Shown piece after piece: positions 15,725-23,625 of a stretch of DNA of 28,614 nucleotides. The stretch lies in IMG/VR virus record IMGVR_UViG_3300009703_000080, positions 1 to 28,614 of that record; one strand, given 5' to 3'. The notes below the pieces were generated by a model. It saw only the letters and a program-made list of their open reading frames with translations, made no database searches and was not told the DNA's origin. Position numbers and translations under genes: made by a program. The stretch's first letter is position 1, and every line of letters begins with the position of its first letter. The stretch is from a virus (lineage: Duplodnaviria > Caudoviricetes).

Positions 15725-17716
15725 ATGATTGTACAACCTGATACATTTGATGACACATTACAACGTTTGCATGAGGACACGTTCTTCTTTGTAGACGTTG
15801 AAACAAATGGGTTAGATGGACACGGCTACAATCAACTCTGTGGAATCGGAGTCGGATTATTAAATTCATCAGACACTTTTTATTTTCCATATAGGCATAT
15901 GCCTTTTGGATTAGTAAATCTTTCTGATGGACAAATAAAAATGCTAATAGATATGTTTTCAGCGAGAGCCGAAACACTAGTAGCTTATAATGCTAAATTC
16001 GACATCCGATTCTTACAGAAAGAAGGTTTAGACATTTCTAATAAAGATATTATAGATGTTCTACCAATGGTGCGATTGACTGAACATAGCAATATTAATA
16101 TGTTAGCACTAACCGAAACAATCAAAAGAAGATATGGCATCGAGCATGCACAATATGATTTGGACACCAAGAAGATATTACGTAGTGGTGGATGGACAAA
16201 AGATTTTAGTAAAGCACCGATTGATGTACTGGGACCTTATTGTGAAAAAGATGTATTTTATACCAGGAAAGTATACCTTGATTGCTTAGACAAGATAAAA
16301 GAAACAGAACAAGAAAGCATATGGAAGTTACAAATAGAACTTACACGAGTTTTATTTGAAATGGAGAACAAAGGTGTGAAGGTTGATACGAGTTATGTTA
16401 AGAAAGCTACAGAACTTATAGCAAATAGAAAACAAGACATAGAAGAAAACATAAATGATATTACGAAAGATGTGTTTGAGGGTGAATATAATATTGCAAG
16501 CACACAACAAATGGGTCCAGTATTTAAAAGTCTAGGTATTAGCTCCCCACAAAAAACTGCTAAGGGGCAAGACTCATGGAATGAAGCAGCTCTAGCACAA
16601 ATTAATCATCCTATTGCAGGGTTAGTTAGACAGTGGCGAACACTAGAAAAACTTAGGTCTACTTACTTAGAACCCTTTGATAATGAAAACGGCATGGACT
16701 TACACACCGACTTTTGTAATTGGGGAACAGTAACAGGTAGATTATCTTCTAGAAACCCAAACCTGCAAAATGTACCCCGAAACCACTTTAAGGTGACAGA
16801 TGTAGAATTAACAGACGAAGATTTGGCTACTGTAAAAAATAGAGTAGATGCAGTCATATCAGCTAAGGGTGGCAAGAGTGTAGAGTTGAGTAACGATGTC
16901 ATAAAGACATGGGCTTTTATTGGAGACGAGTCTTTTGATGAAAAGTCTAATAATCAAATCTCACTACGTAGACTAATTATACCTAGAGAAAACACATATC
17001 TAGTAAGTTTTGATTACTCTCAAATGGAAGTTAGAGTTTTCCTAAGTTATATTGCCATGCACAACGAAGCAGTAAAAAAGATGTTGCACCAAAGTGATGT
17101 GGATTTTCATGGTGAGGCTGCTAAATTGGCTTTTAAAGTTGATGAAAATCACAAAGAATATAAATATTATAGACAAACAGCAAAGGCAATTACATTTGGA
17201 ACTATATATGGAATAGGTAATGCAAAGCTTGCTACACAATTAAATGTTACTCCAGACGAAGCAGGAGATTATAAGAAAAGATATTTTGAAGGTATTCAAG
17301 GTTCTAGACAATTTTTTGACAATGTAGTGAAAAAAGTAGAAACAAAGGGGTGGGTAAAGAATAGGTATGGCAGAATATATAGGATTGATAAAAATTTTGG
17401 CTACAAAGGAGTTAACTATTTAGTCCAAGGTACCAGTGCAGATATTATGAGTGAACGTATGATAGAGATACATAAATATCTAAAAGATAAGAAAAGCAAT
17501 CTATTATTACAGGTGCACGATGAAGTGATATGTGAGATAGATAAAAATGAAGTTCAAGAGGTGTTGCCAAAAATAAGGGAATTACTTAAAGTAAATACTC
17601 TAGGTATCCCTTTAGATGTTGATATGGAAGTGTGTGAACCTTCTTGGGCAACTAAAAAAGATGCAAGCGAATTAATAACAACAGAACAAGAAAGCGAGGA
17701 ATGGGTAGAATGGTAA
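15725..17716 (+). CDS. polA: Family A DNA polymerase with 3'-5' exonuclease (no 5'-3' exonuclease domain)
   Basis: Exo DVET, YNAKFD, YCEKD; TGRLSSRNPNLQN; motif A DYSQMEVR; motif B RQTAKAITFGTIYG; NYLVQGTSAD; motif C QVHDE. Confidence 0.96.
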   Translation: MIVQPDTFDDTLQRLHEDTFFFVDVETNGLDGHGYNQLCGIGVGLLNSSDTFYFPYRHMPFGLVNLSDGQIKMLIDMFSARAETLVAYNAKFDIRFLQKEGLDISNKDIIDVLPMVRLTEHSNINMLALTETIKRRYGIEHAQYDLDTKKILRSGGWTKDFSKAPIDVLGPYCEKDVFYTRKVYLDCLDKIKETEQESIWKLQIELTRVLFEMENKGVKVDTSYVKKATELIANRKQDIEENINDITKDVFEGEYNIASTQQMGPVFKSLGISSPQKTAKGQDSWNEAALAQINHPIAGLVRQWRTLEKLRSTYLEPFDNENGMDLHTDFCNWGTVTGRLSSRNPNLQNVPRNHFKVTDVELTDEDLATVKNRVDAVISAKGGKSVELSNDVIKTWAFIGDESFDEKSNNQISLRRLIIPRENTYLVSFDYSQMEVRVFLSYIAMHNEAVKKMLHQSDVDFHGEAAKLAFKVDENHKEYKYYRQTAKAITFGTIYGIGNAKLATQLNVTPDEAGDYKKRYFEGIQGSRQFFDNVVKKVETKGWVKNRYGRIYRIDKNFGYKGVNYLVQGTSADIMSERMIEIHKYLKDKKSNLLLQVHDEVICEIDKNEVQEVLPKIRELLKVNTLGIPLDVDMEVCEPSWATKKDASELITTEQESEEWVEW

Positions 17717-18213
17717 CAGGAAAATTAGACCATAGCTGGAAAGACCAAAAAGCATTAGGTGAACGTGGTGTGTTTCACATTATAGAGTGGTTATATACAT
17801 TACCTAAAACAACAGGTGTGTGGGACGTGCAAGATGATAAGCCTTATCAAGTTAAAGATATAGATTTATTATGGAGTGTAAAACCTGACGACAAAGAACT
17901 AACAGTAGAAGTAAAAACAGATACATATACGTCAGGGAACTTTTTCTTTGAAACTATTAGTAATGTTTCTAAAAATACTTTGGGATGTTTCTTAAAAACA
18001 GAAGCTGATTTCATTTTTTATTATTTTATTGAAATGGGGCAGTTATATGTCTTAGACACAGGACTTATTCAAAAATGGTTTCTAGACAATAAAACAAGAT
18101 ATAATGAAAAGAAGATAGGTACAGATAATTTATATCAATCTAAAGGTTATGCAATACCTATAAAAGATGTGCCAAAAGAATGTATTAGATATCATGTAGG
18201 AGATTACACTTGA
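17710..18213 (+). CDS. Putative PD-(D/E)xK endonuclease
   Basis: GERGV...DIDLL...VEVKTD...GNFFFETIS...TEADFIFYY pattern; start at 17710 follows GAGGA. Confidence 0.65.
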   Translation: MVTGKLDHSWKDQKALGERGVFHIIEWLYTLPKTTGVWDVQDDKPYQVKDIDLLWSVKPDDKELTVEVKTDTYTSGNFFFETISNVSKNTLGCFLKTEADFIFYYFIEMGQLYVLDTGLIQKWFLDNKTRYNEKKIGTDNLYQSKGYAIPIKDVPKECIRYHVGDYT

Positions 18214-18449
18214 GTGAAAATAAAAAATATAGTTTTATAGAATCGTACAGTAAAAAGCCTGTGCATTATGATTTTACAATTGAACCTTTTGATTACATAC
18301 ACGATAACGATATGGGATTTGCAGAAGGGAATGTAATAAAGTATATAACTAGGTGGAAATATAAAGACGGTTTACAAGATTTATACAAGGCAAAAAGATA
18401 CATAGAAATGTTAATAGCAAAAGAAGAGGCAGAAAATGGCACACCGTAA
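18210..18449 (+). CDS. DUF3310 family protein (T7 gp1.7-like nucleotide kinase / SaV-like)
   Basis: PVHY...IEPFDYI...GFAEGNVIKYITRWKYKDGLQDLYKAKRYIEMLI. Confidence 0.85.
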   Translation: MSENKKYSFIESYSKKPVHYDFTIEPFDYIHDNDMGFAEGNVIKYITRWKYKDGLQDLYKAKRYIEMLIAKEEAENGTP

Positions 18450-18591
18450 TTGGACAACTTGTGGTGGATGTGATAAAAAATTAAATAAGAAAAAATTTGA
18501 AAAGACACCGACTAAAGTATGTTATGCGTGTCATCATAAAGAATTAAAAGATAAGCGAAAGGGAATAGTCCGTGGCAAAAATAGGCGTTAA
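18436..18591 (+). CDS. Small zinc-finger protein (51 aa), absent from the ORF track
   Basis: MAHRNWTTCGGCDKKLNKKKFEKTPTKVCYACHHKELKDKRKGIVRGKNRR; two CxxC; GAGG upstream; fills the gap and overlaps both neighbours. Confidence 0.7.
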   Translation: MAHRNWTTCGGCDKKLNKKKFEKTPTKVCYACHHKELKDKRKGIVRGKNRR

Positions 18592-18799
18592 AGTAGGTTT
18601 CACATTTAGAATAGGAGCCCTAGATACAAATCAATATGGTCGAATGGATATGGAAGTACATGATATAGATACTGACCTTCCTATTGAAGACCAATTAAAA
18701 GATGCAGGAATTGCATTAGACAAAGTTTATAAAGGTTTACTTGAAAAAGTAGATACTGAAATAGAAGGTATTATGAAAGAATCGAGTGATACCAAATGA
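18572..18799 (+). CDS. Hypothetical protein (75 aa, GTG start)
   Basis: Beta-hairpin plus helix pattern; ATGA overlap with the next gene. Confidence 0.7.
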   Translation: MAKIGVKVGFTFRIGALDTNQYGRMDMEVHDIDTDLPIEDQLKDAGIALDKVYKGLLEKVDTEIEGIMKESSDTK

Positions 18800-19086
18800 A
18801 CACTCCAGAAGAAGTAGCAAAAAATTTTTTATCTGAGCTTCATAGAGCACAAGCTTTAGAAGATGTATTGTATGAAAGACTTAGACAGGATGAATTATGG
18901 GGTGACCAATCAGGACATGCTGATGAAAGATGGTTAGTTATATTAATAGAAGAAGTGGGTGAAGTTGCAAGAGCAATGTATGATGATGATGAAGGACATG
19001 TTTACGAAGAAATAATACAATGTGCGGCTGTTTGCATGGCGTGGGCAGAAGCAATGCAAAAAAGGAGAACTCTTGGAAAAGGATAG
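18796..19086 (+). CDS. MazG-like nucleotide pyrophosphohydrolase
   Basis: ERLRQDELWG...WLVILIEEVGEVARAM...EEIIQCAAVCMAW (EExxE...EExxQ variant of the all-alpha NTP-PPase motif). Confidence 0.8.
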   Translation: MNTPEEVAKNFLSELHRAQALEDVLYERLRQDELWGDQSGHADERWLVILIEEVGEVARAMYDDDEGHVYEEIIQCAAVCMAWAEAMQKRRTLGKG

Positions 19087-20011
19087 AAAAAAAGTAATTG
19101 AACAATTATTAGGAAACAAGAAGTTAAACATTGTAAAAGGTGATGATGCAGGTTTTGAATACAATCGTATTGAATTTGGTATACCTAACTTAGATAAATT
19201 AACAGGTGGTGGAATACCTAAGAAACGAATGACTTTAATATATGGTCCTACTAATGTGGGTAAGTCTTATCTTGCATCACAAATATGTGCAAACGTGCAA
19301 CGTGAAGGTGGTGTAGCTGCTTGGATAGATACAGAACTATCTTGGGATGCTAATTGGATGGGTAAATGTGGATTAGATACAGGTGAAATGTTATTGTCTC
19401 AACCTGAAAGTGGGGAACAAGCATTTGAAACTATTGTAGAAATGATGCAAGCAGGAGTTGATGTGATAGTACTAGACAGTATTGCAGGACTAGTACCTGC
19501 TCAAAATCTTGAAGAAGACTTTAGTTTTAATCCAATGGCTTGGCAGGCACGATTTGTAAATTCTGCATTACCTAAAGTAATGAACTCTTTGAGGCAAGGA
19601 AGTGCATTTGTAGCAATTAATCAAGTAAGGTCTAGTATTGGTCCCGTAGCTTTAGCTAATATGCCTGGTGGTCTAGCTCAAGGTTTCTTTTCACATTTTC
19701 TACTGGAAGTAAAAAGAAGTGGGTGGTTAACAGATAAAGACCAAAAAGTTGGTTTTGATATGGAAGTAAGATTACGAAAAACTAAAGTAGGTGGTAGTAA
19801 TTGGTCTTCTGCTATTGTTCCATTTAGAGTAGATGGTGGTATAGATGTCATTGAAAGTTACATGCGTGATGGGATTACTCAAGGGATTATTAAAAAAGCT
19901 GGTGCATGGTATACCTTCGGAGAAGATAAAGCACAAGGTATGAACGGTTTGAAACAACTTATTGTGTCTAAACCTGAATTATTAGAAATATTAAAAAATG
20001 ACGTTACCTAG
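19073..20011 (+). CDS. recA: RecA/UvsX-like recombinase
   Basis: LDKLTGGGIP, Walker A GPTNVGKS, AWIDTE, SQPESGEQ, IVLDSIAGLVP, QAR, INQVR, PGG, KKAGAWY. Start moved to TTG 19073 after SD AGGAGA. Confidence 0.95.
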   Translation: MEKDRKKVIEQLLGNKKLNIVKGDDAGFEYNRIEFGIPNLDKLTGGGIPKKRMTLIYGPTNVGKSYLASQICANVQREGGVAAWIDTELSWDANWMGKCGLDTGEMLLSQPESGEQAFETIVEMMQAGVDVIVLDSIAGLVPAQNLEEDFSFNPMAWQARFVNSALPKVMNSLRQGSAFVAINQVRSSIGPVALANMPGGLAQGFFSHFLLEVKRSGWLTDKDQKVGFDMEVRLRKTKVGGSNWSSAIVPFRVDGGIDVIESYMRDGITQGIIKKAGAWYTFGEDKAQGMNGLKQLIVSKPELLEILKNDVT

Positions 20012-20315
20012 GGATTATACAAAACAAGAAAAATTACTTGAACAATGTTTAGATGTAACAGGTCTTAGATATGCTAATCAAGTAGAGTTCGGTAAATATA
20101 CCGTGGACTTTTATATAGACGAAATAAAAACAGTCGTTGAAGCTGATGGTGTCTATGGACATCTAAGAAAACGTGACCGTAAAAGAGATAATGAATTATA
20201 TGAGTTAGGTGTGGAACATATAATACATATTAAAGAAAAAACACACCAAAAAATATGTAGGGAATTATGGCAGGCATTAGACAAATTGGAGCCGTTGGAA
20301 AACGAAAACCAATAA
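19998..20315 (+). CDS. Vsr/DUF559-like endonuclease
   Basis: QVEFGKYTVDFY...VVEADGVYGH...RDRKRDNEL...G. Confidence 0.85.
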   Translation: MTLPRDYTKQEKLLEQCLDVTGLRYANQVEFGKYTVDFYIDEIKTVVEADGVYGHLRKRDRKRDNELYELGVEHIIHIKEKTHQKICRELWQALDKLEPLENENQ

Positions 20316-20947
20316 AAAAACAAAGACAAGACAAATGGCTAATTAATAAGTTAGACGCTATGCTTGCATCTAAAAAACGTAATGGTATGAAAGGTAAGTT
20401 TCATGCGTCTGTTATTGGTAATCCTTGCGATAGATATTTATACTTAGCATACAACGGCTTACTTCCAGAACTTCCGTTAAGTGCTCGGATTCAAAGAATT
20501 TTTGATAATGGTAGTTATTTAGAATATAGAATGAAAAAATATTTTGAACGGATGAATATTCTAATCAAACAAGAAGTTCCTTGTAAATTTGAAAATCCCT
20601 TGATATCAGGTAGAATTGATTTTATTTTAAGACACCCTAAATTAAACACTGTTTTATTAGAACTTAAATCTATTAAAGGTTCTTTGTTTGAAGATTTAGA
20701 TGGTCCTCAAGAAACTCATGGTATTCAAGCACAAGTATATTTACATCTTAACAAATTAGGAATTACTACAGGATATGTTTTGTATGAAAATAAAGATAAT
20801 CAAGAGCTTAAATGTTTTAGAGTAGAAAAAGATGATGCTAAATTCAATCAAATTTTAGATAGGTGTTATGCTATAATGTCACTTAAAGCACCTCCAACAG
20901 AATGTGGGGGTGAATTTTATTGTGATTGCAGAAAGGTGAGATTATGA
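20267..20947 (+). CDS. Cas4/RecB-like PD-(D/E)xK exonuclease with probable Fe-S cluster
   Basis: HAS...CDR; ISGRID; LLELKS; QAQVY; C-terminal C..YCDC completes four Cys. Confidence 0.85.
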   Translation: MAGIRQIGAVGKRKPIKKQRQDKWLINKLDAMLASKKRNGMKGKFHASVIGNPCDRYLYLAYNGLLPELPLSARIQRIFDNGSYLEYRMKKYFERMNILIKQEVPCKFENPLISGRIDFILRHPKLNTVLLELKSIKGSLFEDLDGPQETHGIQAQVYLHLNKLGITTGYVLYENKDNQELKCFRVEKDDAKFNQILDRCYAIMSLKAPPTECGGEFYCDCRKVRL

Positions 20948-21678
20948 AAATAGAACATATGACAGTAACAGGAGCTGATGACCAAACTAATGTTAGAGGT
21001 ATGGTTGAATTATCAAAAGAATATCCATTTTTGGAATGGGGTATATTATTTCCACTATCTGGTGGGTCAAGATTTCCTACATCAAAATGGTTGAGTCATT
21101 TATTAGAAGAAAAAGGAAAAACTCCTATGAATTTATCTGCACATTTATGTGGGGGTGATTTAGATGATGCCTTAGAAAATAAGTCTAAAATAAATTTAGA
21201 TGAATTTAAAAGAATACAATTAAACTTTCATGGTCTAAATTATTATCAGCTTGTTATGAAAAGTGTAACTGATACAGAAATGACATTATTTACAGTAGAA
21301 AAGTTTTTAGAGTCTGTATCAAATAAAAAAGTTATATTTCAATTTGATGGGGTGAATGACGGATGGATTTACAATTACTTAAACAATGGTGATTTTCCAA
21401 ATATCCAATATCTGTTTGACACCTCATCAGGTGCAGGTATTTTACCTAACACTTTTCCAATGCCTTACAAGGATGTTACTTGTGGCTTTGCTGGTGGGAT
21501 AGGTCCTGATAACATTGATAATGTAGTAGACACATTAAAACAAACTCTATCTCCGACAAAACCATTTTGGATTGATATGGAATCTAGAGTTAGAACTGCT
21601 GGTGATTTAGATTTAAATAAAGTAGCAATTTGTGCAGAGGTAGTTGCACGTGAGGTATTTGGGAGACACTCAATATGA
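20944..21678 (+). CDS. Phosphoribosylanthranilate isomerase (TrpF)-like TIM-barrel protein
   Basis: TVTGADD, EWGILF, SAHLCG, RIQLNF, LFDTSSGAG, GFAGGIGPDNI, WIDMESRVR, DL.KV mirror the TrpF C-terminal barrel (GGxG, AGGL.P.N, D.SSGVE, D..K). Start at ATGA overlap 20944. Confidence 0.75.
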   Translation: MKIEHMTVTGADDQTNVRGMVELSKEYPFLEWGILFPLSGGSRFPTSKWLSHLLEEKGKTPMNLSAHLCGGDLDDALENKSKINLDEFKRIQLNFHGLNYYQLVMKSVTDTEMTLFTVEKFLESVSNKKVIFQFDGVNDGWIYNYLNNGDFPNIQYLFDTSSGAGILPNTFPMPYKDVTCGFAGGIGPDNIDNVVDTLKQTLSPTKPFWIDMESRVRTAGDLDLNKVAICAEVVAREVFGRHSI

Positions 21679-22151
21679 CACAACAAACTTGGTTGGACGA
21701 TGAACCAAAAAATCCAAAAATAGAAAAGAAAATGAATGTTCCTTCATTAAAGTGGGACTTGGATGAAAAACCACATTTACAATTTGCCGAAGCCTGGCGA
21801 CAAACTAATGAAGGATTACAAGAATATCTAACTATGTATGGTAATTACAAATCGTATTTAGAGTATGCCTTGTCAGATGTGCAGGCTCAAGCAAAATTAT
21901 TAGCAGACCAGTTTGATGAAGCTATGTCGGTCACCATGTATAAATTTGTAAAACAAAATACTGATGCAAAACGTATGGTGAAAGAACAAGTTAAAGGTGC
22001 AGTTTTATCTGCAAACCCTAATCTTAAAGACCACGCACATCAACTAAGGGAAGCTCAAGCAGAAGTTTTAAGACTGGAAGGTTTATTGGCTTCATATACA
22101 ACAGCTTTTCATACGGTTAGCAGAATTATATCTTTAAGGATTACAAAATAA
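21675..22151 (+). CDS. Helical coiled-coil protein, possible UvsY-like recombination mediator
   Basis: All-helical 158 aa ending VSRIISLR, inside the RecA/RuvC cluster; function inferred from context. Confidence 0.45.
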   Translation: MTQQTWLDDEPKNPKIEKKMNVPSLKWDLDEKPHLQFAEAWRQTNEGLQEYLTMYGNYKSYLEYALSDVQAQAKLLADQFDEAMSVTMYKFVKQNTDAKRMVKEQVKGAVLSANPNLKDHAHQLREAQAEVLRLEGLLASYTTAFHTVSRIISLRITK

Positions 22152-22615
22152 TGTATATGGGAATCGACTGTTCATCCAAAGGCGTACATGCTGTATTAAT
22201 TGATGACGGGGGTAGACTTGTCAATAGATTTAAAATTAATGTGACAAATGTTAATTTTACTGAAAGAATTACTGAAATCTTTGATAAATTTCAAACTGAA
22301 ATAAGTAAAATAAAAGTAAGGAAATCTGCTATTGAAAAGGCAATTTACATTCAAAATGCGAAAGCAACTATTCAAATTGCTTCGGTTGTCACTGCGATAC
22401 AGTTAGCTTGCCACAAGCAGAAGATTTCTTGTTATTTAGTAGATAACAAGACATGGAAAAAAGATATAATAGGTAAAGGGAACTCCTCTAAACAAGATAT
22501 TATGCAATATGCTGTTGATAAATGGGGGGATGTTTTTACTGAACAAGATTACGCAGATGCAGCTTGTATTGCACTGCATGCACAAAAGGAGAGTACAGAA
22601 AATGGGAGTGCCTAA
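22151..22615 (+). CDS. ruvC: RuvC-like Holliday junction resolvase
   Basis: MGID at N-terminus, IEK, TWKK..IGKGNSSKQDI, QDYADAACIA. Confidence 0.88.
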   Translation: MYMGIDCSSKGVHAVLIDDGGRLVNRFKINVTNVNFTERITEIFDKFQTEISKIKVRKSAIEKAIYIQNAKATIQIASVVTAIQLACHKQKISCYLVDNKTWKKDIIGKGNSSKQDIMQYAVDKWGDVFTEQDYADAACIALHAQKESTENGSA

Positions 22616-23117
22616 AGGGTATAAGAAAGCAAATGATAAGCCTACATTTCGTTACAATACAAAGGCTAAATATGTTGCTAAAGGAACAGTAGACAGTCTT
22701 CCTACCGAAAGGGGTAAGAAGAAAAAAATGACTGCTGAAGAGTTTAAAAAGAAGTACGCTAAAGTTGTTTGGTGTGACTTTTACAAATGTATATATAATG
22801 AAACACCAAAAGGAGCTAGTAGAACAATCGGGACAATGCTTGACAACCCACACTATAAACCACTAGGTCCTAAAGATGAAGGTTGGGTTGGTATATGTGG
22901 AACTAGAAAACCTGAAATTGCTATGAGATTTAAAACTGTCGTGTCTAAAGGTGTTAAAGAAAAAGTACCTCAATGCTTTAATGGTACTAGTAATCAGACA
23001 GGACGAGTGGACATGAGTAGATTTCTTCAATCAAATGGAACACCTTTTGGGGGTAGCATTGAATCACAAAGTGCTGACCAAGGATTTAGTAACGTAGCCT
23101 ATGATGTAGGACGGTAA
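22602..23117 (+). CDS. Hypothetical basic protein with four Cys (possible metal binding)
   Basis: Start 22602 after AAGGAG; VWCDFYKCIYN...GICG...PQCF. Confidence 0.7.
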   Translation: MGVPKGYKKANDKPTFRYNTKAKYVAKGTVDSLPTERGKKKKMTAEEFKKKYAKVVWCDFYKCIYNETPKGASRTIGTMLDNPHYKPLGPKDEGWVGICGTRKPEIAMRFKTVVSKGVKEKVPQCFNGTSNQTGRVDMSRFLQSNGTPFGGSIESQSADQGFSNVAYDVGR

Positions 23118-23118
23118 C

Positions 23119-23625
23119 ATGCCCAAGAAAATACCTAATGAAGTTAGGAATCATGCTCGTGAATTATATTTAGGTGGAAAGTCTGGACGAGAGATTTCGG
23201 AAATATTATCTGCAAGATACGATATGAAAATATCAACGCCTGCAATATACGAGTGGGCAAAAAGATTTAACTGGAAAGACATGGTGGTGGAGGCAGAAAC
23301 AAAAGCAAAAGAAGAGATAATAGAAAGCGAAGCACAAAAACTTCGCAGAATGCAAGTAGAACATTTAGATGACTATAACATCCTTCGTAGGAAGGCAGTC
23401 AATGAACTAAAAGGTTTAGAATTTATACGAGCAGGTGAAGCAGCTAAAGCCCTAGAAATGGGAATAGAAGGTGAGCGTAGAGTAATGCAAGGGATGATTA
23501 ATTTATCCTTTGTACAAGAAGTTTTAAATATTTTAGTAGAAGAGATATCTGAACAAGAAATAATAAATAAGATAGCTTTGAGATTACAAACATTGGTGAG
23601 TGATAGTACATCAGATGACAAATAA
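23119..23625 (+). CDS. terS: Terminase small subunit (putative)
   Basis: N-terminal HTH (ARELYLGGKSGREISEIL...PAIYEWAKRFNW) plus helical region, directly upstream of TerL. Confidence 0.75.
   Translation: MPKKIPNEVRNHARELYLGGKSGREISEILSARYDMKISTPAIYEWAKRFNWKDMVVEAETKAKEEIIESEAQKLRRMQVEHLDDYNILRRKAVNELKGLEFIRAGEAAKALEMGIEGERRVMQGMINLSFVQEVLNILVEEISEQEIINKIALRLQTLVSDSTSDDK

Noticed and set aside
16781-16960. Intein or intron in the polymerase
   Set aside because: No intein splice-junction residues, no homing endonuclease motif, and the frame is uninterrupted; kept only as a domain insertion.
20267-20947. CRISPR-Cas system suggested by the Cas4-like gene
   Set aside because: No repeat-spacer array or other cas genes; solo Cas4-like exonucleases are common in phage recombination modules.
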